Shown here one piece after another: positions 8,920 through 17,915 of a stretch of DNA of 64,000 bases. The stretch covers positions 75,971 to 139,970 of the forward strand of contig DCVT01000015.1 of NCBI GenBank assembly GCA_002328075.1, in the 5' to 3' direction. The number at the start of each line of letters is the position of its first letter. Position 1 is the stretch's first letter. A program made the position numbers and the translations under genes. The notes under the pieces are model-generated. The model had not been told where the DNA came from and did not search any database. It saw only the letters and a list, made by a program, of their open reading frames with translations. This DNA is from Anaerolineales bacterium UBA2181. Its GTDB lineage: Bacteria > Chloroflexota > Anaerolineae > Promineifilales > UBA4811.

Positions 8920-11900
8920 TGGATCACCCAGATCGCGTGATCGAACCGGCAGCGCAACCGCAGCCTGTAGGAGCTGTCATGGTTGTGGGTGCGGGTATTG
9001 GTGGCATCCAGGCCTCGCTGGACCTGGCAGAAACCGGCTACAAGGTCTATCTGGTGGAGAGCCGGTCTGCCATCGGCGGGCGAATGGCGCAGTTGGATAA
9101 GACGTTTCCCACCAACGATTGTGCGATGTGCATTGTCAGCCCCAAGTTGGTGGATGCCGGTCGTCACCTCAACATTGAGTTGATGACCGATACGGACGTG
9201 ATGGATGTGTCCGGACCCCCGGGCGATATGTCCGTACGGTTGGTCCGAAAACCCCGGTATGTGGACCTGACCAAGTGCGTCGGCTGCGGCGATTGTGCGG
9301 ACGTGTGTCCGGTGGTCTTGCCCGACAAGTTCAACGAGGGCCTTGCCCTGCGTCGCGCTGCATTCAGGCTCTATCCGCAGGCCGTGCCCAACGCCTATGC
9401 CGTTGAGAAGCTGGGCATTGCCCCCTGCCGTGATGCCTGCCCCACCGGTCAACGCGCGCAGGGCTATATCGCGCTGATCCGCGAGGGCCGCTTTCATGAT
9501 GCGTTGCGCGTGATCAAAGAGGACAACCCGTTCCCCGGGATCTGCGGGCGAATCTGCAACCACCGATGTGAGACCGCCTGCAACCGCGGTAAACTGGACG
9601 AGCCCGTCAATATCCGGGCGCTCAAGCGGTTCGTGACCGACAAGGTGTATGCCGAACCGCGCGCTCCCGTGGCGCCGGCTGAGGTCAAATACGCGGAGCG
9701 GGTGGCGATCATCGGCGCCGGACCATGTGGACTCACCGCGGCACAGGACCTGGCCAAGACCGGATACCTAGTCACGGTCGTGGAGGCCCTGCCGGTAGCC
9801 GGCGGCATGCTGCGGGTCGGGGTGCCCGAGTATCGCCTGCCGACCGCCATTATCGAACGTGAGGTTCAGGATGTACTGGATCTGGGGGTCAAGCTGCGCC
9901 TGAACACCACGGTGGAGAACCTGGACGATCTCTTTGCCGAGGGGTTCCAGGCAGTCCTCATTGCCGTGGGTGCCCACGAGGGTATTCGCCTCGCTGTGCC
10001 TGGGGCTAACCTCGATGGCGTTCTGATCAACACCAGTTTCCTGCGCGACGTCCGGTTGGGTAATCCGCCGAAATTGGGAAAACGAACGGCGGTCATTGGT
10101 GCAGGCGATGTCGCCATGGACGTAGCCCGCACAGCCCTCCGGCTGGGCGCGCAGGTGGATCTCTACTATCGCCGCCTGCGCGAGGAAGCCACTGCCGACG
10201 ACGAAGAGATGACGCACGCCGAGGAAGAAGGCGCTGCATTCCACTGGCAGACCACGCCGATTGAGGTCATGGGTGAGGCGGGCCGCGTGGTCGGGCTCAA
10301 GATGGTGCGCACCGAACAGGGCTTACCCGACGAGACCGGCCGGCGGCGACCGGTGCTGGTCCCGGGATCCGAGCGCGTCGTACCCTGCGAGAATGTCATC
10401 TTTTCGGTCGGGCAGCGGGCCGGCCTGGCATTCATCCCCGAGAGCGTCGGCGTGGGGGTCACTAACCAGGCCACTGTGGCTGTCAATCCCCATACGCTGG
10501 CGGCCAGCCGACCCGGTGTCTTTGCTGCCGGTGACGTCACCACCGGCACCGCCTTTGTCATTGAGGCAGTGCAGGCGGGTCATCAGGCGGCCGAATCCAT
10601 ACATCGTTACATCCGTGGCAAGGAATTAGAGTCGCCACCCAAGCCCAAACTGCCGGTGGTGGAACTGGTCCGGGCAGACATCGACGAACGCGTGGCGCGT
10701 GGCGAGGTCAAACCCCAGCCGCGAGTGCCGATGGACCGGCTGCCGCCCACTGATCGCCGCGGGTCGTTTGACGAGGTGGTGGCAGGTTACACGGATGAGA
10801 AGGCACAGGCCGAAGCCGCGCGGTGTCTGGCCTGTGGGGTCTGTTCTGAATGCCTGAGTTGCCAGTACACCTGCCAGGCAGACGCCATCGTGCACGATGC
10901 GACGGCACGCACCGAGTCCGTCCAGGTTGGCGCGATGATTTTGGCACCCGGATTCGAGCCATTTGCGGCTAACCGGTTGCAGGAGTATGGGTTTGGTCGC
11001 TACCACAACGTCGTGACATCGCTCCAGTTTGAGCGGTTGCTCAGCGCTTCCGGGCCCACCTTCGGTCACGTCAATCGGCCAGGCGACGGCCAGCCGGCCA
11101 AGAGGATTGCCTTTCTGCAGTGCATCGGATCTCGCGATGCGGACCACGATTACTGTTCCTCGGTTTGCTGCATGTATGCAACCAAAGAGGCGATCATGGC
11201 TATCGAACATGATCGCGAGACCGAGGCGCACATCTTTATGATGGATATGCGCTCCTTTAGCAAGGGGTATGACGAGTACTATCGCCGGGCCCGGGACAAA
11301 TGCGGGGTGCGCTATACACGGTGCCGCGTATCAGCCGTACGCGAGAACCGCGCGAATGGCAACCTTATCATCCGGTACGTTTCAGAGGACGCACCCGAGC
11401 CGGAGCGGCTCTCTTTGGTCAGCGAAAAGGAGTTCGACCTGGTGGTGCTCTCGGTGGGCATGGAGGTCGCCGCGAGCGCCCGAGAACTGACCCGCCGGCT
11501 TGGAGTTGACCTGGACCGATCCGGGTTCTGTCGAACAGAGATGTTGGAGCCGTTGCAGACCTCGCATCCGGGCGTGTTTGTTGTCGGTCCATTCCGCGAA
11601 CCCAAGGATATTCCAGAGACGGTGGTCGAAGCCAGCGGAGCTGCAGGCGCGGTTGCCGGTTTGCTACAGGGTGGTCGTTGGACTCTCACCCGGGAAAAGG
11701 AATACCCACCGGCGCGCCGGGTGGATGATGAAGAGCCGCGAGTCGGGGTTTTTGTCTGCCACTGCGGATCTAACATAGGCGGCTATCTGGATGTTCCAGC
11801 GGTCACCGAGTACGCAGCTACCCTCCCTTCGGTGGCGCATGCAGAGAACAACCTGTATACGTGTTCGCAAGATTCGATTGCTCGTATCAGCCAACGGGTG

Positions 11901-13481
11901 CAGGAATTGGGGCTCAACCGGGTGGTCGTGGCAGCCTGCACGCCGTTGACGCACGAGCCCCTGTTCCAGGACAGCCTGCGATCGGCCGGGTTGAATCCCT
12001 ATCTGTTTGACATGGCCAACATCCGCAACCAGTGCTCCTGGGTACACGGCGATGACTGGGATGCGGGTACGGGCAAGGCCAAGGACCTGGTGCGGATGGC
12101 GGTCGCCCGGGCGTCGCTGTTGGAGCCCCTCAGCAAGACGGTCGTGCCAGTGCAGAAACGGGCGCTGGTGATCGGCGGCGGCCCGGCCGGGATGCACGCC
12201 TCCCTGGCGTTGGCCAAGCAGGGGATTGCTGTGACCCTGGTAGAGCGCGAGGCTGAGCTGGGTGGCAACCTCCGCCGACTGCGGTATCTGGCGGACGTGC
12301 AGCACAGCGAGCAGCCAGTTGCGTTGATCGACGCCCGCGCGTATCTGAACGACCTGGTCCGCGAGGTGACGACGGACCCGCTCATCGAAGTACGTGTGCA
12401 CACCCAACTGGTGAGCAGCGGCGGTTTCAAGGGCAACTTCCGATCCGTGCTGCGGTCACCAGACAGCCAGACTGAGATTGAGCACGGTGCCACGATCATC
12501 GCCACGGGTGGGCAAGAACACCGAGGGCCAGAGTATCGACACGGGGCCGATCCCAGGATCATGACCCTGTTCGATTTCGAGGCGCGTCTGGCGGATTGGG
12601 AGGATGGCCCTCTGCCGGAAAGGCCAGAGTTGCCGGGGTCGGTGGTGGTCATTCTCTGTGCAGGCAGCCCGGCTGATCGGTACTGCAGTCGTGTCTGTTG
12701 TGCTGCCGCCCTCAAGAATATTCTGGCACTGAAGCAACTGAACCCGGACGTGCAGGTAACCGTGTTCTATCGGGACATACGCACGTTTGGCTTCAAGGAG
12801 CGGCTGTACACCGAGGCGCGCCGTCAACGGGTGCTGTTTGTGCGCTATGACGATGATCGTCGGCCGGTAGTGGACCTGCCAGCGGACGGTAAGGATCTCA
12901 CCGTGACCGGTCGGGAGCCTGTACTGAAGCAGGATCTGGTTCTCTACCCCGATCTGGTGGTACTGGCTATGCCGATGGTGCCAGCAGGCGAGGCCGGCGA
13001 AATGGCACGCACCCTCAAAGCGGGGCAGGACCTGGACGGCTGGATTATGGAGGCGCACGTCAAGCTCAGGCCGGTGGATCTGGCTACCGAAGGCCTGTAT
13101 GTAGCCGGCTGCGCACATTATCCCAAGTTCGTGGAAGAGGTCATCGCCCAGGCACAAGCCGCGGCTGGTCGCGCCATGACAGTGCTCAGCCGAGATTGGC
13201 TCGAGGTCGGGGGTGTTGTCGCCAAGGTTGACTCTGCGCTTTGCGTGGGTTGCCTGACCTGTGTTCGGATCTGTCCTTTCAACGTCCCCACTATCGATCC
13301 GCACCTTGCGGGGGTCGGCGGCATCGCGGGAGCGGCGGTCATCGAGCCGGCCCTCTGCCAGGGTTGTGGAATCTGTGTGGGAGAGTGTCCTGCCAAGGCA
13401 ATCCGGCTGCAGCACTATCAGGACGAACAGCTCAGGGCCAAGATAGCAACTTTCTGGCCAGCAGAGCCAGTGCCAGCCTGA
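8916..13481 (+). CDS. hdrA: Second giant HdrA-GltD-HdrA fusion flavoprotein (1521 aa), paralog of 1952..6523
   Basis: It is colinear with the first fusion and carries the same motif series (FPTNDCAMC, GICGRICNHRCETACNRG, VAIIGAGPCGLTAAQDL, FLQCIGSRD..YCSSVCCMY, VFVCHCGSNIGG, YCSRVCCAAAL, C-terminal 2x CxxCxxCxxxCP). The start overlaps the response regulator stop as ATGA. Confidence 0.85.
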   Translation: MMDHPDRVIEPAAQPQPVGAVMVVGAGIGGIQASLDLAETGYKVYLVESRSAIGGRMAQLDKTFPTNDCAMCIVSPKLVDAGRHLNIELMTDTDVMDVSGPPGDMSVRLVRKPRYVDLTKCVGCGDCADVCPVVLPDKFNEGLALRRAAFRLYPQAVPNAYAVEKLGIAPCRDACPTGQRAQGYIALIREGRFHDALRVIKEDNPFPGICGRICNHRCETACNRGKLDEPVNIRALKRFVTDKVYAEPRAPVAPAEVKYAERVAIIGAGPCGLTAAQDLAKTGYLVTVVEALPVAGGMLRVGVPEYRLPTAIIEREVQDVLDLGVKLRLNTTVENLDDLFAEGFQAVLIAVGAHEGIRLAVPGANLDGVLINTSFLRDVRLGNPPKLGKRTAVIGAGDVAMDVARTALRLGAQVDLYYRRLREEATADDEEMTHAEEEGAAFHWQTTPIEVMGEAGRVVGLKMVRTEQGLPDETGRRRPVLVPGSERVVPCENVIFSVGQRAGLAFIPESVGVGVTNQATVAVNPHTLAASRPGVFAAGDVTTGTAFVIEAVQAGHQAAESIHRYIRGKELESPPKPKLPVVELVRADIDERVARGEVKPQPRVPMDRLPPTDRRGSFDEVVAGYTDEKAQAEAARCLACGVCSECLSCQYTCQADAIVHDATARTESVQVGAMILAPGFEPFAANRLQEYGFGRYHNVVTSLQFERLLSASGPTFGHVNRPGDGQPAKRIAFLQCIGSRDADHDYCSSVCCMYATKEAIMAIEHDRETEAHIFMMDMRSFSKGYDEYYRRARDKCGVRYTRCRVSAVRENRANGNLIIRYVSEDAPEPERLSLVSEKEFDLVVLSVGMEVAASARELTRRLGVDLDRSGFCRTEMLEPLQTSHPGVFVVGPFREPKDIPETVVEASGAAGAVAGLLQGGRWTLTREKEYPPARRVDDEEPRVGVFVCHCGSNIGGYLDVPAVTEYAATLPSVAHAENNLYTCSQDSIARISQRVQELGLNRVVVAACTPLTHEPLFQDSLRSAGLNPYLFDMANIRNQCSWVHGDDWDAGTGKAKDLVRMAVARASLLEPLSKTVVPVQKRALVIGGGPAGMHASLALAKQGIAVTLVEREAELGGNLRRLRYLADVQHSEQPVALIDARAYLNDLVREVTTDPLIEVRVHTQLVSSGGFKGNFRSVLRSPDSQTEIEHGATIIATGGQEHRGPEYRHGADPRIMTLFDFEARLADWEDGPLPERPELPGSVVVILCAGSPADRYCSRVCCAAALKNILALKQLNPDVQVTVFYRDIRTFGFKERLYTEARRQRVLFVRYDDDRRPVVDLPADGKDLTVTGREPVLKQDLVLYPDLVVLAMPMVPAGEAGEMARTLKAGQDLDGWIMEAHVKLRPVDLATEGLYVAGCAHYPKFVEEVIAQAQAAAGRAMTVLSRDWLEVGGVVAKVDSALCVGCLTCVRICPFNVPTIDPHLAGVGGIAGAAVIEPALCQGCGICVGECPAKAIRLQHYQDEQLRAKIATFWPAEPVPA

Positions 13482-13492
13482 CAGAGGAGCCA

Positions 13493-13987
13493 ATGATCAA
13501 GGACGTGTGTAACGAACCCGGGATTTTAGCCTTTTGTTGTCGGCATTGTGCCTACGTGGCGGCTGACCTGGCTGGTTCAATGAGACTGAGATATCCGGCC
13601 AGCCTGCGGGTGGTCGAGATTCCCTGCTCGGGCAAGTTTGAGGTGATTCAGGCGCTCTATGCCTTCGAGCGGGGAGTAGATGGCGTCATGGTGGCGGGTT
13701 GACTGGAAGGCGACTGTCATTACCGGGACGGTAATGTAAAAGCCAAGCGACGAGTGGAGTATGCGAACAGGCTGCTGGAGCAGATCGGTCTTTCTGGCGG
13801 TCGGATACGGATGGTTAACGTCTCTTCTGCCATGGGAGCTCGGTTTGCGGAGCAAGCCACTCAGATGACTGAGCATCTGCGACAGCTTGGGCCAAGTCCG
13901 CTTCGGCGTCTGAGCAGCTCCGCGTCAGTTCAGGACGCGCATGCCGACCGGCCGCAGGCTCCGGACGCCAGCGATATTGTTATGTGA
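13493..13987 (+). CDS. mvhD: MvhD-like protein with in-frame UGA (putative selenocysteine) at 13700..13702
   Basis: ATG 13493 is preceded by GAGGAG. FCCRHCAY..IPCSGK..GVDGVMVAG runs to TGA 13700. The same frame (13754-13493 = 261 nt) continues as LEGDCHYRDGNVKAKRRVEYANRLLEQIGLSGGRIRMVNVSSAMG... to TGA 13985-13987. Confidence 0.75.
13718..13736 (+). promoter_or_regulatory. Putative bacterial SECIS hairpin (second copy)
   Basis: CATTACCG-GGA-CGGTAATG forms an 8-bp stem starting 15 nt after UGA 13700. The core is identical to 6756..6774, while flanking synonymous and non-synonymous positions differ. Confidence 0.55.
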
Positions 13988-14000
13988 AGGAGAGCAAAGA

Positions 14001-14567
14001 ATGACGAGTGAGCGCATAAAGACGTTCCGCAAGCTGGTGACGCTCAAGGACGGCGCGCGGGTGCTCTTTCGGGTTTTGGGTCCGTCAGATGCTGATGCAT
14101 TGGTGGCGTTTTTTCAACAGGTGTTACCAGACGATCTGGCGTACATACGGAGCAACGTACGCGATGCCACGCTGGTTGCTGGCTGGGCGCAGAATCCGAA
14201 TTACGACCGTGTTCTGCCCATTGTGGCCTTGGTGCAGGACCGCATTGTCGGCGAGGCAACGCTGCACTTTATGACCGGGCCGCACGCGCATGTGGCCGAG
14301 GTCCGCATCTTTCTGGCAGCGGATTTTCGGCGCCGTGGCCTGGGTGTGCAGATGCTAGAGACCCTGTTTGAGCTGGCTCGCTGGCGCGATATGCACCTGC
14401 TGGAGGCGCAGATCGTGGCGGACCAGACCAAGGTGATCAAGGCTTTCAAGCGATTGGGTTTCGAACAGCAAGGCACTTTGGAGGATTACTATATGACGCC
14501 GGGACGCGGAACGCGGGATGTTGTGGTCTTGATCAAACGCTTGCTGGCGCCTCAAGACGAGTTCTAG
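14001..14567 (+). CDS. GNAT-family N-acetyltransferase
   Basis: Acetyl-CoA binding signature FRRRGLGVQMLETLFELAR. ATG 14001 is preceded by GAAGGAGAG. Confidence 0.75.
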   Translation: MTSERIKTFRKLVTLKDGARVLFRVLGPSDADALVAFFQQVLPDDLAYIRSNVRDATLVAGWAQNPNYDRVLPIVALVQDRIVGEATLHFMTGPHAHVAEVRIFLAADFRRRGLGVQMLETLFELARWRDMHLLEAQIVADQTKVIKAFKRLGFEQQGTLEDYYMTPGRGTRDVVVLIKRLLAPQDEF

Positions 14568-14622
14568 AGGAGCATGCTGCCTCGATTTGGCACTCTGCCT
14601 TTTTCAAGAGAGAGGTTTCAAT

Positions 14623-15372
14623 ATGATCGTAGGGGAACAAAAACCGCTGGAAGAGATAAAGGGGTTTCTGGATGGCAGTCAAAAAGTGCTGGTCGTTGGT
14701 TGCGGCACCTGTGTGACTGTCTGTTTTGCCGGAGGCGAAAAGGAGGCACAGATCTTGGCGGCCTCGCTCCGGATGAGCACTGCCCTCACTGGTGCACCCA
14801 AGGAGGTCACCGATGTCACCGTGCAGCGCCAGTGCGAATGGGAATACCTGGACCTGATAAAAAACGAGGTTCAGGAGGCAGACATCATCGTGTCCATCGC
14901 TTGCGGAATCGGCGTGCAGGCAATGGCCAAGCACTTTCCGGACAAATGGGTGGTGCCAGGGCTGAACACGACGTTTCTGGGGCTGCCCGAGGAACAGGGT
15001 ATTTGGACCGAGCAATGCCAGGCATGCGGAAACTGCATTCTGGCCCTCACTGGCGGGATCTGTCCCATAGCTCGATGCTCGAAGCAGCTGCTCAATGGAC
15101 CCTGCGGCGGTTCGGAGAAGGGGCTTTGCGAGGTCAAGCGAATAAAGCGGGAGCACGGGCTGCCCGTCATGCAGACAGATGCTCGCGGCCGAAAAACCCC
15201 CGTGATCGAGGATGTGGACTGTGCCTGGCACCTGATCCACGAGCGCCTAAAGGCGTTGGGCAAGCTGGATATGCTCACGCAAATACAACCACCCAAAGAT
15301 TGGTCTACGGCAAGGGATGGCGGTCCTCGGCGGATTGTCCGTGAGGACCTCATGTTGTTGGATGAGGGATAA
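14623..15372 (+). CDS. metV: MetV-type methylene-THF reductase accessory subunit (MTHFR C-terminal-like, Cys-rich)
   Basis: Cys clusters VVGCGTCVTVCFAGG, CQACGNCIL, GICPIARCSK..NGPCGG. It lies immediately upstream of metF, the arrangement seen in acetogen metVF clusters. ATG 14623 has an upstream AGAGAGG. Confidence 0.75.
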   Translation: MIVGEQKPLEEIKGFLDGSQKVLVVGCGTCVTVCFAGGEKEAQILAASLRMSTALTGAPKEVTDVTVQRQCEWEYLDLIKNEVQEADIIVSIACGIGVQAMAKHFPDKWVVPGLNTTFLGLPEEQGIWTEQCQACGNCILALTGGICPIARCSKQLLNGPCGGSEKGLCEVKRIKREHGLPVMQTDARGRKTPVIEDVDCAWHLIHERLKALGKLDMLTQIQPPKDWSTARDGGPRRIVREDLMLLDEG

Positions 15373-15373
15373 C

Positions 15374-16360
15374 ATGTCGGCACAGGATTCAAATGGCTAC
15401 AAATCTGGCGGGAATCTGGAAAAGGTACTGCGGGGAGGTTACTTTGCGGTAACCGGGGAGCTGGGTCCGCCGCAGAACGCCGACGGCGACCACATTCGGA
15501 AGAAGGCATCCCACCTGCGCGGAGTGGTGGATGCGGTCAACATCACGGACAACCAGACTGCGGTCGTGCGCATGTCCTCTCTGGGAGCGGCATTCGTGGC
15601 GATCCAGGAGGGCCTAGAACCGGTCATGCAGATGACCTGTCGTGACCGGAACCGGCTGGCTATGCAGGCCGATTTCCTGAGTGCGTACGCATCTGGTGTG
15701 CGCAACATGCTGGCGTTGACGGGTGACCATCAATCGTTTGGAAACCACCCTACGGCCAAGAACGTTCATGACATTGACTCGCTCCAACTGATTCGCATGC
15801 TGCGGGATCTCCGGGATGAGAAAAAGTTCGAGTGTGGTGAGGCGATCAAAGGACAAGAACCCCGGTTTTTCATCGGCGCGGCTGCCGCTCCAGAAGCGGG
15901 TCCGACCGAATACCGACCATACCGCCTGGCAAAGAAGGTGGAGGCTGGGGCGGACTTTGTGCAGACCCAACTGGTGTACAATGTGGAGGCATTTAAAAAG
16001 TTCATGGAGGTGGTCCGGCAACTCGGGCTGCACGAGAAGCTATTCATCTTGGTCGGTGTCGGGCCACTCAAGGGCCCGGCCATGGCACGGTACATGCGCG
16101 ATTTCGTGCCGGGAATCACCATGCCGGACCACATCATTGAGCGGATGGAGAACGCAGCGGCGAATATTCCCAAGGAAGAAAAGAACGCCCGTAACCAGGC
16201 CTGGCGAGACGAGGGGATCAAGGTCTGCATCGAGATCATCCAGCAGGTGCGTGATATTGAGGGCGTGGCCGGCGTGCACGTGATGGCCATCGAGTGGGAA
16301 GAGGCGGTAAGGCCGATTGTGGATGGAGCTGGCCTGTTGCCCCGGCCGGCGGTGGACTAG
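15374..16360 (+). CDS. metF: 5,10-methylenetetrahydrofolate reductase
   Basis: MetF motifs are present (AVNITDN, MQMTCRDRNR, NMLALTGD, FFIGAAAAPE, GADFVQTQLVYN). It starts 1 nt after the metV stop. Confidence 0.85.
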   Translation: MSAQDSNGYKSGGNLEKVLRGGYFAVTGELGPPQNADGDHIRKKASHLRGVVDAVNITDNQTAVVRMSSLGAAFVAIQEGLEPVMQMTCRDRNRLAMQADFLSAYASGVRNMLALTGDHQSFGNHPTAKNVHDIDSLQLIRMLRDLRDEKKFECGEAIKGQEPRFFIGAAAAPEAGPTEYRPYRLAKKVEAGADFVQTQLVYNVEAFKKFMEVVRQLGLHEKLFILVGVGPLKGPAMARYMRDFVPGITMPDHIIERMENAAANIPKEEKNARNQAWRDEGIKVCIEIIQQVRDIEGVAGVHVMAIEWEEAVRPIVDGAGLLPRPAVD

Positions 16361-16431
16361 ATGACGAGCATCCAGTGGATGAGGGCTTGCCCCTCAAGCG
16401 CTGCACTCGTCGCTACCAGTGAGGCGACGCA

Positions 16432-17847
16432 ATGACTGTTGAGATCAAAGCAGATCTGGCCCGGATCATCGAAAAGAAAACCGGGCAGAACGCGTTTCTT
16501 TGTTACCAGTGCATCCGCTGTACCAGCGGTTGTCCGCTGACCGATTTTTTTGACTATACTCCGAACGAGATCATGCGCCTGGTGCAGATCGGGGACGAGG
16601 AAACGGTCCTCAACGCCAAGACACCCTGGCTTTGTGCTGCCTGCCTGACCTGTTCGACCCGTTGCCCTCAGGGGCTAGACATTGCGCGCATCATGGAGGC
16701 TCTGACTCAGGTGGCACTGGAGCGGGGCATCAAACCCAAGGTGCCCGAGGTGGCGCTCTTTAACAAGGTGTTCCTCGCCGATGCCAACATCTTTGGCCGG
16801 GTCTACGAGCTGGGCCTCATGGGTTCCATGAATGTCCTCAACACAGTGAGGACGATGGAGCCCAAACGGATGCTCGCCGACATGGACCTGGGTCTGGAGA
16901 TGTTCAAACGAGCCAAGATCCCGGTGATTCCGGGCTTTGTGCGAACCCGTCTGGACAAGGTGGAGGTTCGGCACCCAACGGAAAGGCAGGTGGGCTACTT
17001 TCCCGGCTGTTCGTTGCATGCCATGGCCAGGGAGTTTGACCTTTCCTTTAAAGCGGTTGCCGAGGTGCTGGACGTGGAACCGGTCGAACCGGAGGGATGG
17101 ACCTGTTGCGGCTCCAGCCCGGCTCACCACGTTGACCATTACTTGGGCGTCAGATCGCCCATGCTGAACCTCGCGCTGATTGAAAAGAGCGGGTTTCATG
17201 AGGTTGTTGCGCCCTGTGCGGCCTGTTTCAATCGCTTTCGCACCGCGCTCCATGAGATACGAGAGGATGATGCGCTGCGGTCGCGCGTCGATAATGATCT
17301 CGGCTACCGTTACCAGGACAAGGTTGACGTCCGCTCGATCTCGGAATGGTTGGCGAACGAGATCGGCGTCGAGGCCGTCAAGGCCAAGGTCACCAAACCG
17401 TTACAAGGGCTCAAGGTGGTTAGCTACTATGGCTGTCTGTTGACTCGGCCGCCGCACATCACCGGCCATCCCAACCACGAATACCCGATGGACCTTGACC
17501 TGGTTTGCGGAGCGTTGGGCGCCGAGAGCTTGGACTGGGACGACAAAACCATCTGTTGCGGTGGCAGCCTGGCAGTCCCTGCCAAAGAAGTCATGCTCAA
17601 GCTTAGCCAAGACATCGTTGAGCAGGCACAGGCCGTGGGTGCAGATGCTATTGTGGTTGCCTGTCCCCTGTGCCAATCCAACCTGGACGGCCGCCAGATT
17701 CAAATGACTACGCTGGAGCGCCGAACACCGATAATCTACGTCACCCAGTTGATGGCGCTGGCCTTTGGATTGGGCGAAAAGGGCACGGTGTTCAAACGAA
17801 ATGTGGTTGATCCGCGGCCTCTGTTGCAGGAAAAGGGGTTACTTTAG
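16432..17847 (+). CDS. hdrCB: Fused HdrC/HdrB-like heterodisulfide reductase subunit
   Basis: The N-terminus has 2x[4Fe-4S] motifs (CYQCIRCTSGCP, CAACLTCSTRCP). Two CCG domains follow (GCSLH..WTCCGSS..PCAACFN and YYGCLL..ICCGGSL..ACPLCQSN). Confidence 0.8.
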   Translation: MTVEIKADLARIIEKKTGQNAFLCYQCIRCTSGCPLTDFFDYTPNEIMRLVQIGDEETVLNAKTPWLCAACLTCSTRCPQGLDIARIMEALTQVALERGIKPKVPEVALFNKVFLADANIFGRVYELGLMGSMNVLNTVRTMEPKRMLADMDLGLEMFKRAKIPVIPGFVRTRLDKVEVRHPTERQVGYFPGCSLHAMAREFDLSFKAVAEVLDVEPVEPEGWTCCGSSPAHHVDHYLGVRSPMLNLALIEKSGFHEVVAPCAACFNRFRTALHEIREDDALRSRVDNDLGYRYQDKVDVRSISEWLANEIGVEAVKAKVTKPLQGLKVVSYYGCLLTRPPHITGHPNHEYPMDLDLVCGALGAESLDWDDKTICCGGSLAVPAKEVMLKLSQDIVEQAQAVGADAIVVACPLCQSNLDGRQIQMTTLERRTPIIYVTQLMALAFGLGEKGTVFKRNVVDPRPLLQEKGLL

Positions 17848-17915
17848 GGTGTGATGCCTGGGTGACCTGCTCACCGAAGGGCAGGTCTCCCTGTTTGCTC
17901 TGATCCCAGTTCTGG

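Noticed and set aside
12456-13493. Long antisense ORFs inside the hdrA fusion genes (e.g. 12456..13493, 3101..4099, 8841..9563, 1964..2776)
   Set aside because: All overlap strongly motif-supported + strand genes and have biased, motif-free translations. They are high-GC frame artefacts.
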